A stretch of 64,000 nucleotides of DNA, taken from Bryobacterales bacterium. GTDB taxonomy: Bacteria > Acidobacteriota > Terriglobia > Bryobacterales > UBA6623. The notes below the pieces were generated by a model. It did no database searches. It was given only the letters and a program-made list of their open reading frames with translations, and had not been told where the DNA came from. Where the stretch lies: assembly GCA_963422375.2 (NCBI GenBank), contig OY729428.2, forward strand, positions 2,176,001-2,240,000. The letters are read 5' to 3'. The position numbers and the translations under genes are program-made. Positions 30,683-49,972 of this stretch are shown here, piece by piece. Numbering within the stretch: position 1 is the stretch's first letter; every line of letters starts with the position of its first letter.

Positions 30683-31678
30683 ATGATCGGCACAGAGTCG
30701 GTGGTCCAATCCGCCACCGAGCGGATCGACAGGATCCGTAGAGAGATCCACAGAGTCATAGTGGGGCACGAGCAGGTCGTGGACGGCGTGCTGAACGCTC
30801 TCCTAGCCGGCGGGCACGTGCTGCTGGAGGGCGTTCCCGGCCTCGGAAAGACGACGCTCCTGCGGACGCTCGGCCAAGCCCTGCATCTTGACTACTCGCG
30901 CATCCAGTTCACTCCCGACCTGATGCCCGCGGACATTCTGGGCAGCGCGGTGATGGACGCGAACGAGGTCGGGGTGAAGTCCCTGCGCTTCGAGCGAGGC
31001 CCGGTGTTCGCCCATCTCGTCCTGGCTGACGAGATCAACCGCGCCACGCCACGCACGCAATCGGCCCTGCTGGAAGCGATGCAGGAGAAGACGGTGACGA
31101 GCGGCACGACCACCCACTCGCTGGACGAGCCGTTCCTCGTCATGGCCACGCAGAACCCGCTGGAGATGGAAGGCACCTACCCCCTGCCGGAGGCGCAGCT
31201 GGACCGTTTCCTGCTGAAGATCCTAGTCGAGTACCCCGAGCGCGACGAGTTGACGGCCATTGTCGAGCGGACGGCGGTGCCGGTCAAGCCGCGTGTGGAA
31301 GCCATTCTGGACCGGGACGAGATTCTCGAGTTGCGGGCGATGGCGTCGGAAATGCTCGTCGCGCCCCACGTGCGAGACTACGCCATCAGCCTCGTCCTGG
31401 CTACGCAGCCGCGGCAGGGCGCGGCGAACGCGCTCGCCCGGAAATACATCCGCTACGGCAGCTCTCCGCGCGGGGCGCAGGCCCTCGTGTTCTGCGGCAG
31501 GGTCAGGGCGCTGATGCAGGGGCGCCTGCACGTCAGCACCGACGACATCCGGACGCTGGCGCTGCCCTCGCTGCGGCATCGCATCATTCTCAACTTCGAT
31601 GCGCACGCCGACGGATGCACCGAGGACGACCTCTTGCTCGAGCTTCTCGAGGCGCAAGCTCCGAGCCGGGCGGAGTAG
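30683..31678 (+). CDS. moxR: MoxR family AAA+ ATPase
   Basis: GHVLLEGVPGLGKT, RIQFTPDLMPADI, LADEINRA, ATQNPLE.EGTYPLPEAQLDRF, GSSPRG, LRHRI. Confidence 0.93.
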   Translation: MIGTESVVQSATERIDRIRREIHRVIVGHEQVVDGVLNALLAGGHVLLEGVPGLGKTTLLRTLGQALHLDYSRIQFTPDLMPADILGSAVMDANEVGVKSLRFERGPVFAHLVLADEINRATPRTQSALLEAMQEKTVTSGTTTHSLDEPFLVMATQNPLEMEGTYPLPEAQLDRFLLKILVEYPERDELTAIVERTAVPVKPRVEAILDRDEILELRAMASEMLVAPHVRDYAISLVLATQPRQGAANALARKYIRYGSSPRGAQALVFCGRVRALMQGRLHVSTDDIRTLALPSLRHRIILNFDAHADGCTEDDLLLELLEAQAPSRAE

Positions 31679-32427
31679 AGCAGCGCAGCGGCGCGACCGA
31701 TGGTGCCGACATCGTGGGGAGCGGGGCCAGGAACCGGCTCGGGCAGTTGGGCACGCTCGAAGCAGTTAGCCCGCGAATCTGATTCGGCGGTGGCCCCGGG
31801 GCGCCGCGGAAGGCCTCCACCGGCCCCCGAGAAGGCGGGCCAGCGCGCGAGCGTTCCGAGGACCGGCGCATCCCTCCAGCACGCAGAACGGCGGCCAGGT
31901 GCGGCGTTGACTCCGGATGAGCGTCGAAGCAGCGGGCGTCTTCCGAAGCATCCGCGGAAGCCTGCGGTTCCGGATTCGACCGGGAATCCCTTCCCGACCG
32001 TTCCGCCCGCCACGACCCGTCCTCCGCCGCCAGGATTAGCTCGCGGACAAGGGCAGCCGACGCAAGTCCGTCGCCAGCCTCTCCGCCTCGCGCCCGACCA
32101 TCCCGGCTGCAACTCGAGCGGCCGCCGCACCCGGAGCCGATCCTGAAGGGGCGGAGGGACCGCCGCTGCCCAGTTGCGCGACGGGCGACAGGCTGGCCGG
32201 GGCCGCGGCGCCGGGTTGGCTGGCCTCGCGCCACAGCCTGCCTAGCGCCGGCAGGACTCGAGCACCGTTCCTTGATGCCGCGCTGCGACGCGCCTCGGCG
32301 ACCCGACCGCCAGACAGGTGCGACCCGTCGGGTATCGCTCGGGGAGTTCCGCCCATACGGGCGAGGCCCGTCATGGGGCAGGTTGCAAGCATCGCCCGCG
32401 AGATACGTCATTTGTTCGTGTTGTGAT

Positions 32428-32443
32428 TGTTTCACGTGAAACA
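32428..32443. promoter_or_regulatory. parS: parS centromere-like site
   Basis: Exact TGTTTCACGTGAAACA palindrome, extending to ATTGTTTCACGTGAAACAAT (32426-32445), in an AT-richer intergenic patch. Confidence 0.9.
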
Positions 32444-33065
32444 ATTTGCGTACGGCACGCCGAGCCACATTATGCAGGCAAGGCGGGCCCGGACCGGCTC
32501 CGGCCGCAATCGGCCGCGCTGCCGAGATGCATCCCGCAGTCCGCCCTAGGCCTTCCGCGGGAAAGCCGGGGCGATCCTGCCAACCCGCCCGGCGGTTCAG
32601 CGCCGACCGGCGAGAATCCGACCGTTGCACCCGGAGCGCGGCCGTCGCGCCGCATGCCGCCCACCCAGCCCCAGTCTGCTGGCGGCGCGGGCGATGCAAT
32701 TCGACGAGAGCGGTTGCGGTCGGCTGAGAGCGAGCAGCCGGTCCGCAGGCCGGTGCAGCTCTCCAATCCGCGCTGCGACGGCGGCGCCCGAGGCGATTCC
32801 GCGGCAAGCTGGCTCGGGACCACCGTCGGCGCGCACCGCACCATCTCGCTTGGCCTGCCGCCGCGTCGTACCGACTCGGCGGCGCTTCCGCCAATTGGCG
32901 CGCTTGGGCCCGGCGGGCTCACTCGATCGACACGCGGCAGCGCGAGAGGCCGCAGACGCCCTTCCGGGCGCGCGTGAGGCAGGCCGGCACCAAGATCCTG
33001 CGTCTTGTCGGGAGGAAGGGCCCGCACCGAATCGGCTCGCAGGGCAGGGTCCCGGCAGTTCCGAC

Positions 33066-33095
33066 TTGCACCCCTGCTCGGCGCTGGGCTACAAT
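33066..33095 (+). promoter_or_regulatory. Candidate sigma70 promoter for tRNA-Tyr/tuf
   Basis: TTGCAC, 18-nt spacer, TACAAT, about 125 nt upstream of tRNA-Tyr. Confidence 0.45.
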
Positions 33096-33221
33096 GAAGG
33101 CAGTTGCCGCACCGCGCAGGCTGCGGGCCGGTGCCGCCTCGGTTGGAGGCGGCTAGTCCGCGGGAACCCGCCGGTGCTCATAGGATTCCACGAGGGACAG
33201 GCACCGATAGCATCGCATACC

Positions 33222-33308
33222 GGACGGGTGGCCGAGCGGTCAAAGGCAACAGACTGTAAATCTGTCGGGCTACGCCCTTCGAAGGTTCGAATCCTTCCCC
33301 GTCCACCA
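33222..33308 (+). tRNA. tRNA-Tyr (GTA)
   Basis: Acceptor stem GGACGGG/CCCGTCC plus ACCA; anticodon arm ACAGA-CTGTAAA-TCTGT; long variable arm; GGTTCGAATCC. Confidence 0.97.
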
Positions 33309-33369
33309 GGTGCCGGTGGCCCTGCGACTCAACCCCTCGGAACACAGCGCAAGAGGACACAGGAAGACG

Positions 33370-34557
<1,188 letters not shown>

Positions 34558-34576
34558 AGAGGCCGAGGAGATTCGA

Positions 34577-34729
34577 ATGGCACGCGAGATCATCACCCTG
34601 CAATGCACTGTCACCAAGGACAGGAACTACACCACGACCAAGAACAAGCGCAAGCAGCAGGGGCGCATCGAGCTGATGAAGTACTCGCCGCGCCTGCGCA
34701 AGCACACGTTGCACCGGGAGATGAAGTAA
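34577..34729 (+). CDS. rpmG: 50S ribosomal protein L33 (zinc ligands largely lost)
   Basis: Not in ORF track. [50 protein letters not shown] with GAGGAG Shine-Dalgarno, in the canonical position after tuf. Confidence 0.96.
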   Translation: MAREIITLQCTVTKDRNYTTTKNKRKQQGRIELMKYSPRLRKHTLHREMK

Positions 34730-34752
34730 ACTGGAACAAGGGAATCGCATCC

Positions 34753-34826
34753 AGGGGCGTCGGTTAACGGTAAACCAGCGGTCTCCAAAACCGCCAATGG
34801 GGGTTCGATTCCCTCCGCCCCTGCCA
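34753..34826 (+). tRNA. tRNA-Trp (CCA)
   Basis: Acceptor stem AGGGGCG/CGCCCCT plus GCCA; anticodon arm GCGGT-CTCCAAA-ACCGC; GGTTCGATTCC; canonical position before secE. Confidence 0.96.
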
Positions 34827-34885
34827 TTTCCGTCCAGGCGGGCGCCAGCACGGCCCGCCCCGTCGCTCCGCGAGGTACCACGCAC

Positions 34886-35122
34886 ATGGCCAAGTCACTG
34901 AAGAAGAAGCAGGAAGAGAAGGCGGGCCTGCCGGCGCGCGTCCGCACCTACGTGGACGGCGTCATGCGCGAGGTGCGCCTGGTTACGTGGCCGGGGCGCG
35001 ACCAAGTCCGCGCGACGACGATCGTGGTCCTGGTCTGCGTGTTCGCGTTCGCCCTGTTCTTCGGAGTCGTCGACTACTTCCTGGCATGGGGCCAGCGCGT
35101 CCTGTACGACTCGTTCGTCTAG
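34886..35122 (+). CDS. secE: Preprotein translocase subunit SecE
   Basis: [13 protein letters not shown]...T.VV, single TM helix, FGVVDY. Confidence 0.93.
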   Translation: MAKSLKKKQEEKAGLPARVRTYVDGVMREVRLVTWPGRDQVRATTIVVLVCVFAFALFFGVVDYFLAWGQRVLYDSFV

Positions 35123-35143
35123 CCGGGCCGAGGAGACACCGCA

Positions 35144-35746
35144 GTGGGAATCGAAGGACTGAACGGGGGCGGCCTCGGCGCGCAGGATGCTTCCGAGGAG
35201 GCCTCGCGCGAGCGCAACCTGCAGTGGTACATCATCCACACCTACTCGCGCTTCGAGAACAAGGTGAAGGAGAGCCTCGAGACTCGCGCCGAGGCGCTCG
35301 GCATCGCCGAACGCCTCGGGCAGATTCTCATTCCCACCGAAGACGTGGTCGAGATGCGCAACGGCAAGAAGGTCACTGTCAAGCGCCTGCTCTACCCGGG
35401 CTACGTGCTGCTGGAGCTGGAGCTGGACGACAACGTCTGGCATGCCGTGAAGAACACGCCCCGGGTGACCGGCTTCGTGGGCGGAGGGGAGACCCCGACG
35501 CCGCTGACGCCGTCCGAGCTCAATCAGATTCTGCACCGCCAGGAGTCCTCCAAGGAGCATCCGCGCCCGAGCATGCGCTTCCAGCGCAACGACCGCATCG
35601 ACATCGTCGACGGGCCGTTCACCGGATTCTCCGGCTCCGTCGAGGAGGTCAACGAGGACCGCAGCACCCTCAAGGTGATGGTGACGATCTTCGGCCGCGG
35701 CACGCCGGTCGAGCTCGAGTATTTCCAAGTCAAGAAGGCGGGCTAG
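35144..35746 (+). CDS. nusG: Transcription termination/antitermination factor NusG
   Basis: [34 protein letters not shown] motif [19 protein letters not shown]. Confidence 0.97.
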   Translation: MGIEGLNGGGLGAQDASEEASRERNLQWYIIHTYSRFENKVKESLETRAEALGIAERLGQILIPTEDVVEMRNGKKVTVKRLLYPGYVLLELELDDNVWHAVKNTPRVTGFVGGGETPTPLTPSELNQILHRQESSKEHPRPSMRFQRNDRIDIVDGPFTGFSGSVEEVNEDRSTLKVMVTIFGRGTPVELEYFQVKKAG

Positions 35747-35769
35747 CCCGCAGGCAGGAGCAGAGATCG

Positions 35770-36210
35770 ATGGCAGCGCCCCAGACGAGTCAAGTCAAGC
35801 AGCAGATCAAGCTGCAAATCATGGCGGGGAAGGCGACGCCCGCGCCGCCGGTGGGCCCCGCCCTCGGGCAGGCCGGGCTGAACATCATGCAGTTCTGCAA
35901 GGAGTTCAACGCCCGCACCTCAAAGCCGGAACTGGAAGGCCTGATCGTCCCCGTGGTGATCCGGGTGTACCAGAACCGGACCCACGACTTCCTCACCAAG
36001 ACGCCGCCGGCGGCCGTGCTGATCAAGCGCAGCGCGGACCTGGCCAAGGGGTCGGGCGAGCCGAACCGCCAGAAGGTCGGAACGATCACCCGGGCCCAGC
36101 TCGAGGACATCGCCAAGCAGAAGATGCCCGATCTCAACTGCTACACCCTCGAGCAGGCGATGGCCTGCGTCACGGGAACTGCGAACAGCATGGGCGTGCG
36201 GGTGGTATAG
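35770..36210 (+). CDS. rplK: 50S ribosomal protein L11
   Basis: [55 protein letters not shown] Shine-Dalgarno before ATG 35770. Confidence 0.97.
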   Translation: MAAPQTSQVKQQIKLQIMAGKATPAPPVGPALGQAGLNIMQFCKEFNARTSKPELEGLIVPVVIRVYQNRTHDFLTKTPPAAVLIKRSADLAKGSGEPNRQKVGTITRAQLEDIAKQKMPDLNCYTLEQAMACVTGTANSMGVRVV

Positions 36211-36225
36211 TAGGGATCTAACGGA

Positions 36226-36276
36226 CCCCGTGGGAGACGGGCCGGGCAGGCTCCGGCAGGTCGCTGGCACCAAGGT
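36226..36276 (+). promoter_or_regulatory. Possible L1-binding autoregulatory mRNA element between rplK and rplA
   Basis: CCGTGGGAG...GCACCAAGG stem with a GGAG internal loop, directly before the rplA start. Confidence 0.3.
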
Positions 36277-36281
36277 GGCAT

Positions 36282-36971
36282 ATGGCAGGGAAGAAGTACC
36301 GCGCCGTAGCGGATAAGATCGAGAAGCGCTCCTACCCCTTGGCGGAGGCGATTCCGTTTCTCCAGGAGCATCGCCTCTCCAAGTTCGACGAGACGGTCGA
36401 GGTGCATCTGAACCTCGGCGTCGACCCGCGGCACGCCGACCAGATGGTCCGGGGCACGGTGGTCCTGCCGCACGGTCTGGGCATCTCCAAGAAGGTGCTG
36501 GTGTTCGCCTCCGGGAACAGGGTGCAGGAAGCGCTCGCCGCCGGCGCCGACTTCGCCGGCGGCGAGGAGTACGTCCGCAAGATCTCCAAGGAGGGCTGGC
36601 TCGGCTTCGACGCCTGCGTGGCCACCCCCGACATGATGCGCTTCGTCGGGCGGCTGGGCCGGATCCTCGGCCCGCGCGGGCTGATGCCCAACCCCAAGGT
36701 CGGCACCGTGACCTTCGACGTCGCCCGGGCCGTGCAGGAAGTCAAGGCCGGCAAGGTGGAGTTCCGCGTCGACAAGGGAGCGGTGATCCACGCCCCGGTA
36801 GGCAAGCTCGGGTTCGAGCGGGGCAAGCTGACCGAGAACGCCCAGACGCTCATCGCGGCCGTGCTCAAGGCAAGGCCGCAGGCGGCCAAGGGCCGCTACC
36901 TGATGAAGGCGTCGATCTGCTCCACCATGAGCCCGGCGATCGCGCTGAACGTGGCGGAATTCGGCTCGTAG
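36282..36971 (+). CDS. rplA: 50S ribosomal protein L1
   Basis: [42 protein letters not shown]. Confidence 0.98.
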   Translation: MAGKKYRAVADKIEKRSYPLAEAIPFLQEHRLSKFDETVEVHLNLGVDPRHADQMVRGTVVLPHGLGISKKVLVFASGNRVQEALAAGADFAGGEEYVRKISKEGWLGFDACVATPDMMRFVGRLGRILGPRGLMPNPKVGTVTFDVARAVQEVKAGKVEFRVDKGAVIHAPVGKLGFERGKLTENAQTLIAAVLKARPQAAKGRYLMKASICSTMSPAIALNVAEFGS

Positions 36972-36984
36972 CGGGAGAAGGCCA

Positions 36985-37512
36985 ATGAAGACCAAGGCGG
37001 ACAAGCAAGTTCTTCTAGAGCACCTCCGGCGCGAGTTCGACAGCTCGAGCGCCGTGGTGATCTGCAAGTTCAAAGGGCTGACCGTGGCCGAGGACCAGCG
37101 CCTGCGCGGCATCCTGCGCTCGCTGGGCGGGCGCTACCGAGTCGTGTCGAACCGGCTGGCGCACCTCGCGGCGAAGGGCACGCCCTTCGAAGAGTCGCTG
37201 GCGGGCCAGCGCGGGATGACGGCGCTGGCGTTCCCGGGCGACGATCTGGTCGGATCGCTGAAGGGGCTCGTCGCCTACGCCAAGGAGCAGGGCCGCTTTT
37301 CGTTCTCGGCGGGTGTCGTCGAGGGCAGGGCGCTCGACTTGGACGGCCTGACGGCGCTCTCGAAGCTGCCCGGCCGCGAGGGCATCTACGCCCAGCTGCT
37401 CTTCCTGATCAATTCCCCGGCGCAGCGACTGCTCGCAACGCTCAACGCCCCCGGCCGCAGCATCGCCGCGGCCCTGCAGCAGGGAGTTGAGCAGCAGAAG
37501 TTCAGCGGGTAG
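36985..37512 (+). CDS. rplJ: 50S ribosomal protein L10
   Basis: FKGLTVAED..LR, VVSNRLA, LSKLPGRE; lies between rplA and rplL. Confidence 0.94.
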   Translation: MKTKADKQVLLEHLRREFDSSSAVVICKFKGLTVAEDQRLRGILRSLGGRYRVVSNRLAHLAAKGTPFEESLAGQRGMTALAFPGDDLVGSLKGLVAYAKEQGRFSFSAGVVEGRALDLDGLTALSKLPGREGIYAQLLFLINSPAQRLLATLNAPGRSIAAALQQGVEQQKFSG

Positions 37513-37593
37513 CCCGCGCGGGACCATTCCCGGGCAGGCGGCGGGGCAAGAGGCTTCGCTTCATTAGCAAACACAGGCAAAGGAGTACATCCC

Positions 37594-37971
37594 ATGGCGG
37601 ACATTGCGGTGATCGCGGAATCGATCAAGGAGCTGACCTTGGTGGAGGCCGCGGATCTGGTCAAGAAGCTCGAGGCGGACCTCGGCGTTTCGGCGGCGGC
37701 TGCCGTCGCGGCGGCGCCGGCCGCCGCCGACGCGGGCGAGGAAGAAGAGGTCGCGGAGCAGACCGAATTCACGGTCGTGCTGAAGAACTTCGGCAAGCAG
37801 AAGATCAAGGTCATCAAGGCCGTGCGCGAGGTCACTGGCCTCGGGCTGAAGGAAGCCAAGGACCTAGTCGACGCCGCTCCCAAGGCCGTCAAGGAGAACG
37901 TGCCGAAGGAAGAGGCCGAGCAGATCCGGGGCAAGCTGGCCGATGTCGGCGCCGAAGTCGAGGTCCAGTAA
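37594..37971 (+). CDS. rplL: 50S ribosomal protein L7/L12
   Basis: [50 protein letters not shown]. Confidence 0.98.
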   Translation: MADIAVIAESIKELTLVEAADLVKKLEADLGVSAAAAVAAAPAAADAGEEEEVAEQTEFTVVLKNFGKQKIKVIKAVREVTGLGLKEAKDLVDAAPKAVKENVPKEEAEQIRGKLADVGAEVEVQ

Positions 37972-38270
37972 CGCGTCGGCGGCCCCGCGCACGGACACGG
38001 GGCCGGTTGCAGGCGGACCGGGCGCTGTGGTACCATACGGGTCGCGGGGACGGGTCCGCTTGTCCGTGGGCGGTGCGGGCAGCTGATCCAAGCAACAGCA
38101 GATTTTGCCGAGACGGGGTGCGCTGAGCCGGTCGAGGTGCGTCCTGATTCCAGCACAGCGCTGGGTCGGGGTGTCCTTGCGTCCGGATTCCGTGCGCCCG
38201 CGCCCCCCGCCGGCGGGCACGACCGCGTCGCGACGGATTTGGGCGGCCTAGCGGCCGAGAGGAGGCAGGC

Positions 38271-42680
<4,410 letters not shown>

Positions 42681-42756
42681 CGTCGGCCGCAGCGGGATCG
42701 GGCCGGAGGAACGCGAGCGCGCCGGGCCCTGCGGGGCGGCAAGCCGCAGCGAAAAC

Positions 42757-47079
<4,323 letters not shown>

Positions 47080-47086
47080 CCGCGGC

Positions 47087-47160
47087 CCCGGGCCTGCACG
47101 CCGGTCGCAGGCCCGGGCGGGACGGCCGCGAGCGGGCAGGGCCGGTGGTCGGCCCTGCCC
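47087..47160. terminator. Two tandem GC-rich hairpins between convergent rpoC and lolC/E-type gene
   Basis: CCCGGGCCTGC/GCAGGCCCGGG (47087-47117) and GGGCAGGGCCG/CGGCCCTGCCC (47134-47160), both 11-bp perfect stems; no U-tract. Confidence 0.55.
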
Positions 47161-47178
47161 CCGGGGCGGGCAAGAGCC

Positions 47179-48411
47179 CTACTCGTATCGCAGCGTCTCG
47201 GCCGGCGCGACCCGCGCGGCGTTTCCGGACGGGTAAATCGTGATCACGTAGCTGATCGCGACCGCGGCCAGCGCCACGAAGACCGCGTCGAGAGCCCTCG
47301 GGGCGAACGGCACGTATTCCAGCCCGTAGACCTCGGCGTCAAGAGCGATCAGCCGGTAGCGGTCGCACAGCCAGCAGGCGAGATGACCGAGCGCCAAGCC
47401 GATGACGGTGCCGAGTACGCCGATGATGATGCCCTGCCACATGAAGATCCGCCGAATCTGGCCCAGGCCGGTGCCCATCGACTTCAGAATGGCGATTTCC
47501 TTGGTCTTCTCGACCACCATCATGACCAGGGAGATCAAGATATTCAGGGCGGCCACGAGCATGATCATGCCGATAATCAGCGCGGTGAGCAGCTTTTCGG
47601 TCTCTAGGGCGTTGAACAGGGCGCGGTTGCGCTCCATCCAAGTGCTGGCCGCGAACTCGTCGCCGGCGGACTCCTCGATCGCCCCGGCGACCGACACCGA
47701 TGACTCCAGATCGTCCAGGCGGAACTCGATGGAGTTCACGACGTCGCCCAGGGACATCGCGCGCTGGGCGTCCCGCAGCAGGCAGATGCTCCAAAGGTTG
47801 TCGAGCTCGAAGAACCCGGTCTGGAACACGCCCACCACTTGGAAGCGCTTGAATGCCGGAATCCGGCCGAGGGGCGTCATCTCGCCCTGCGGATTGAGGA
47901 CAGTTACGATCGTCGACACCCGCGCGCCGATGACGTCCGCCAGCCCGCGCCCCAGCAGGATACCCGGATACTGGCCCTCCGCGCCGGTCAGCGCTTCAAA
48001 CGAGCCGTCCACGATCCTCGAGAGCAGCTGCGAAACCCGAACCTCCGCGGCAGGGTCCACCCCCTTGAGGAAGCAGCCCTTGGCCCGGATCGGCGTAGAG
48101 ATCATCATCTCCCCGTAGAGCGTCGGCGCGACCGCCTCGACGTGGTCCAGCCCGGCCAGTCTCTCGATGAGAGCCCCGTAGCCGTAGATCCCGTACTCGG
48201 GATTCCGCTCGACGAGGTTGATGTGGGAACTGGCCCCGATCAAGTGATCCCTGATCCCGGCTTGAACGCCGTTGTTGATCGCCATCGCGATCACCAGCGC
48301 CGCAACGCCGGCGGCCACCCCGGCGACCGACAGCACTGTGACGATGGAGAAGAAGCGATCTCTCCGCTTCGCCCGCAGGTAGCGCAAGGCGACGTACAGC
48401 TCGAAAGGCAA
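47179..48411 (-). CDS. lolE: Lipoprotein-releasing ABC transporter permease (LolC/LolE family)
   Basis: FELYVALRYLRAKR, GVAALVIAMAINNG, VAALNILISLVMMVVEKTKEIAILKSMG, PAETLRYE. Confidence 0.88.
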   Translation of the reverse strand: MPFELYVALRYLRAKRRDRFFSIVTVLSVAGVAAGVAALVIAMAINNGVQAGIRDHLIGASSHINLVERNPEYGIYGYGALIERLAGLDHVEAVAPTLYGEMMISTPIRAKGCFLKGVDPAAEVRVSQLLSRIVDGSFEALTGAEGQYPGILLGRGLADVIGARVSTIVTVLNPQGEMTPLGRIPAFKRFQVVGVFQTGFFELDNLWSICLLRDAQRAMSLGDVVNSIEFRLDDLESSVSVAGAIEESAGDEFAASTWMERNRALFNALETEKLLTALIIGMIMLVAALNILISLVMMVVEKTKEIAILKSMGTGLGQIRRIFMWQGIIIGVLGTVIGLALGHLACWLCDRYRLIALDAEVYGLEYVPFAPRALDAVFVALAAVAISYVITIYPSGNAARVAPAETLRYE

Positions 48412-48462
48412 GGAGCGGCCGACCTACGCTTCATTGTCCACCAATGTCCTATGCTGGTTCGC

Positions 48463-49947
48463 ATGCCGGCCCGGCTGCTGCTCCTCCTAGCGCTCGTCCC
48501 GGCACTGCCGACCTTGGCGGCTCCGAACGTCGCCGTGATCCTGACAGACGATCTCGGCTACGGCGATGTCGGCGCGTACAACCCGCAGTCCAAGATCCCG
48601 ACCCCGAATCTCGACCGAATCGCCCGCGAGGGGCTCCGCTTCACGGACGCCCACGCGCCAGACGGCGTCTGCACGCCCACGCGGTACGGCCTGCTGACCG
48701 GAAGGTACGCGTGGCGGACGCGGCTGAAGCGCGGGGTGCTTGACGGCTCGTCAGCGCCGCTCATCGAGGCCGGGCGCCTGACGCTGGCCGGCATGCTTCG
48801 CCAGGAGGGCTACCGCACAGCCATGGTCGGCAAGTGGCACCTAGGCCGGAGGTGGCATCTTCTCGACGAATCCGGCAAGCAGGTCGTCGACAACATCGAT
48901 TGGGCCCGGCCAGCGGCGGACGGGCCGCTGCAGCACGGTTTCACGTATGCGTTCGGACTGGCCAAGCCGGCGTGGGCCTTCGCCGAGAACGGAGCCGTGC
49001 TTGCGCGGCCGGCCCTGCGGTTCGACCTGACCCATCTGCCGGTGCATCTGATGGGCCCCAGCAACAACACGGGCACGAAGTCGCCGGGTTTCGAGTTCGA
49101 GCGCATGCTGCCTCGATTCACCGAAGAGGCGACCGGCTTCATCGCCCGGGCCGCCGCGGCAGGCCAGCCGTGGTTCCTGTACTTCGCTCCGCTGGCACCG
49201 CACCGCCCGGTAGTGCTCAACCGGGACTTCAGCGACGGCAGTGCCGCGGGCCTGTACGGCGACTTCGTCTCCGAGGTGGACTGGGCGGTGGGAGAGATCC
49301 TCGCCGCGGTCGAGCGGGCAGGAGCGGACCGGGAGACGCTTCTGGTCGTGACGAGCGACAACGGTCCGGAGGTCGACGCCTACCGCCGTATCCAGGAGCA
49401 CGCCCACTTCAGCATGGGGTCCCTGCGCGGCGTGAAGAGGGACCTGTGGGAGGGCGGCCATCGCGTCCCGTTCTTAGCGCGCTGGCCGGAAGCGGTGCCG
49501 GCCGGCGAGACGCAAGACGAGGTGCTGTGCCTGACCGACCTGATGGCGACGCTCGCGGCAATCGTCGGTCTCGACCTGCCCGAGTTGGCTGCCGAGGACA
49601 GCTACGACATGAGCGCCGCCCTGCTGGGCAAGCAGACGGAATACCCCGTGCGCGAGGCCACCGTCCACCACGGCTCGAGGGGCTGGTTCGGCATCCGCCA
49701 AGGCGACTGGGTGCTCATCGACAATCCCACCGGCGACAGCAACAGCGGGGGCCCGAACGAGGAGCCCGGCTGGTTCCGCGCCGCCCGATCGGCGGTGCCG
49801 CACGACGAAGAGGTCGAGCTGTTCAACCTGCGCCGCGACCCGCGGCAAACGACCAACCTCGCGACGCTGGAACCGGAGCGGGTGCGCTCCATGAGGGCTC
49901 TGCTGGAGCGATACCAGCGAGACGGTCGCAGCACGCCGCGGCGCTAG
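48463..49947 (+). CDS. Arylsulfatase (Cys-type), secreted
   Basis: Signal peptide MPARLLLLLALVPALPTLAA; PNVAVILTDDLGYGD, CTPTRYGLLTGRY, VGKWHLG, TSDNG, WEGGHRVPF. Confidence 0.93.
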   Translation: MPARLLLLLALVPALPTLAAPNVAVILTDDLGYGDVGAYNPQSKIPTPNLDRIAREGLRFTDAHAPDGVCTPTRYGLLTGRYAWRTRLKRGVLDGSSAPLIEAGRLTLAGMLRQEGYRTAMVGKWHLGRRWHLLDESGKQVVDNIDWARPAADGPLQHGFTYAFGLAKPAWAFAENGAVLARPALRFDLTHLPVHLMGPSNNTGTKSPGFEFERMLPRFTEEATGFIARAAAAGQPWFLYFAPLAPHRPVVLNRDFSDGSAAGLYGDFVSEVDWAVGEILAAVERAGADRETLLVVTSDNGPEVDAYRRIQEHAHFSMGSLRGVKRDLWEGGHRVPFLARWPEAVPAGETQDEVLCLTDLMATLAAIVGLDLPELAAEDSYDMSAALLGKQTEYPVREATVHHGSRGWFGIRQGDWVLIDNPTGDSNSGGPNEEPGWFRAARSAVPHDEEVELFNLRRDPRQTTNLATLEPERVRSMRALLERYQRDGRSTPRR

Positions 49948-49972
49948 GCAAGGGCGCCTTCGCAGCCTCCGC

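Noticed and set aside
31960..31990. tmRNA-like 5' text GGTTCCGGATTCGACCGGG
   Set aside because: No GGGG acceptor start, no matching T-arm/CCA 3' end downstream and no tag reading frame
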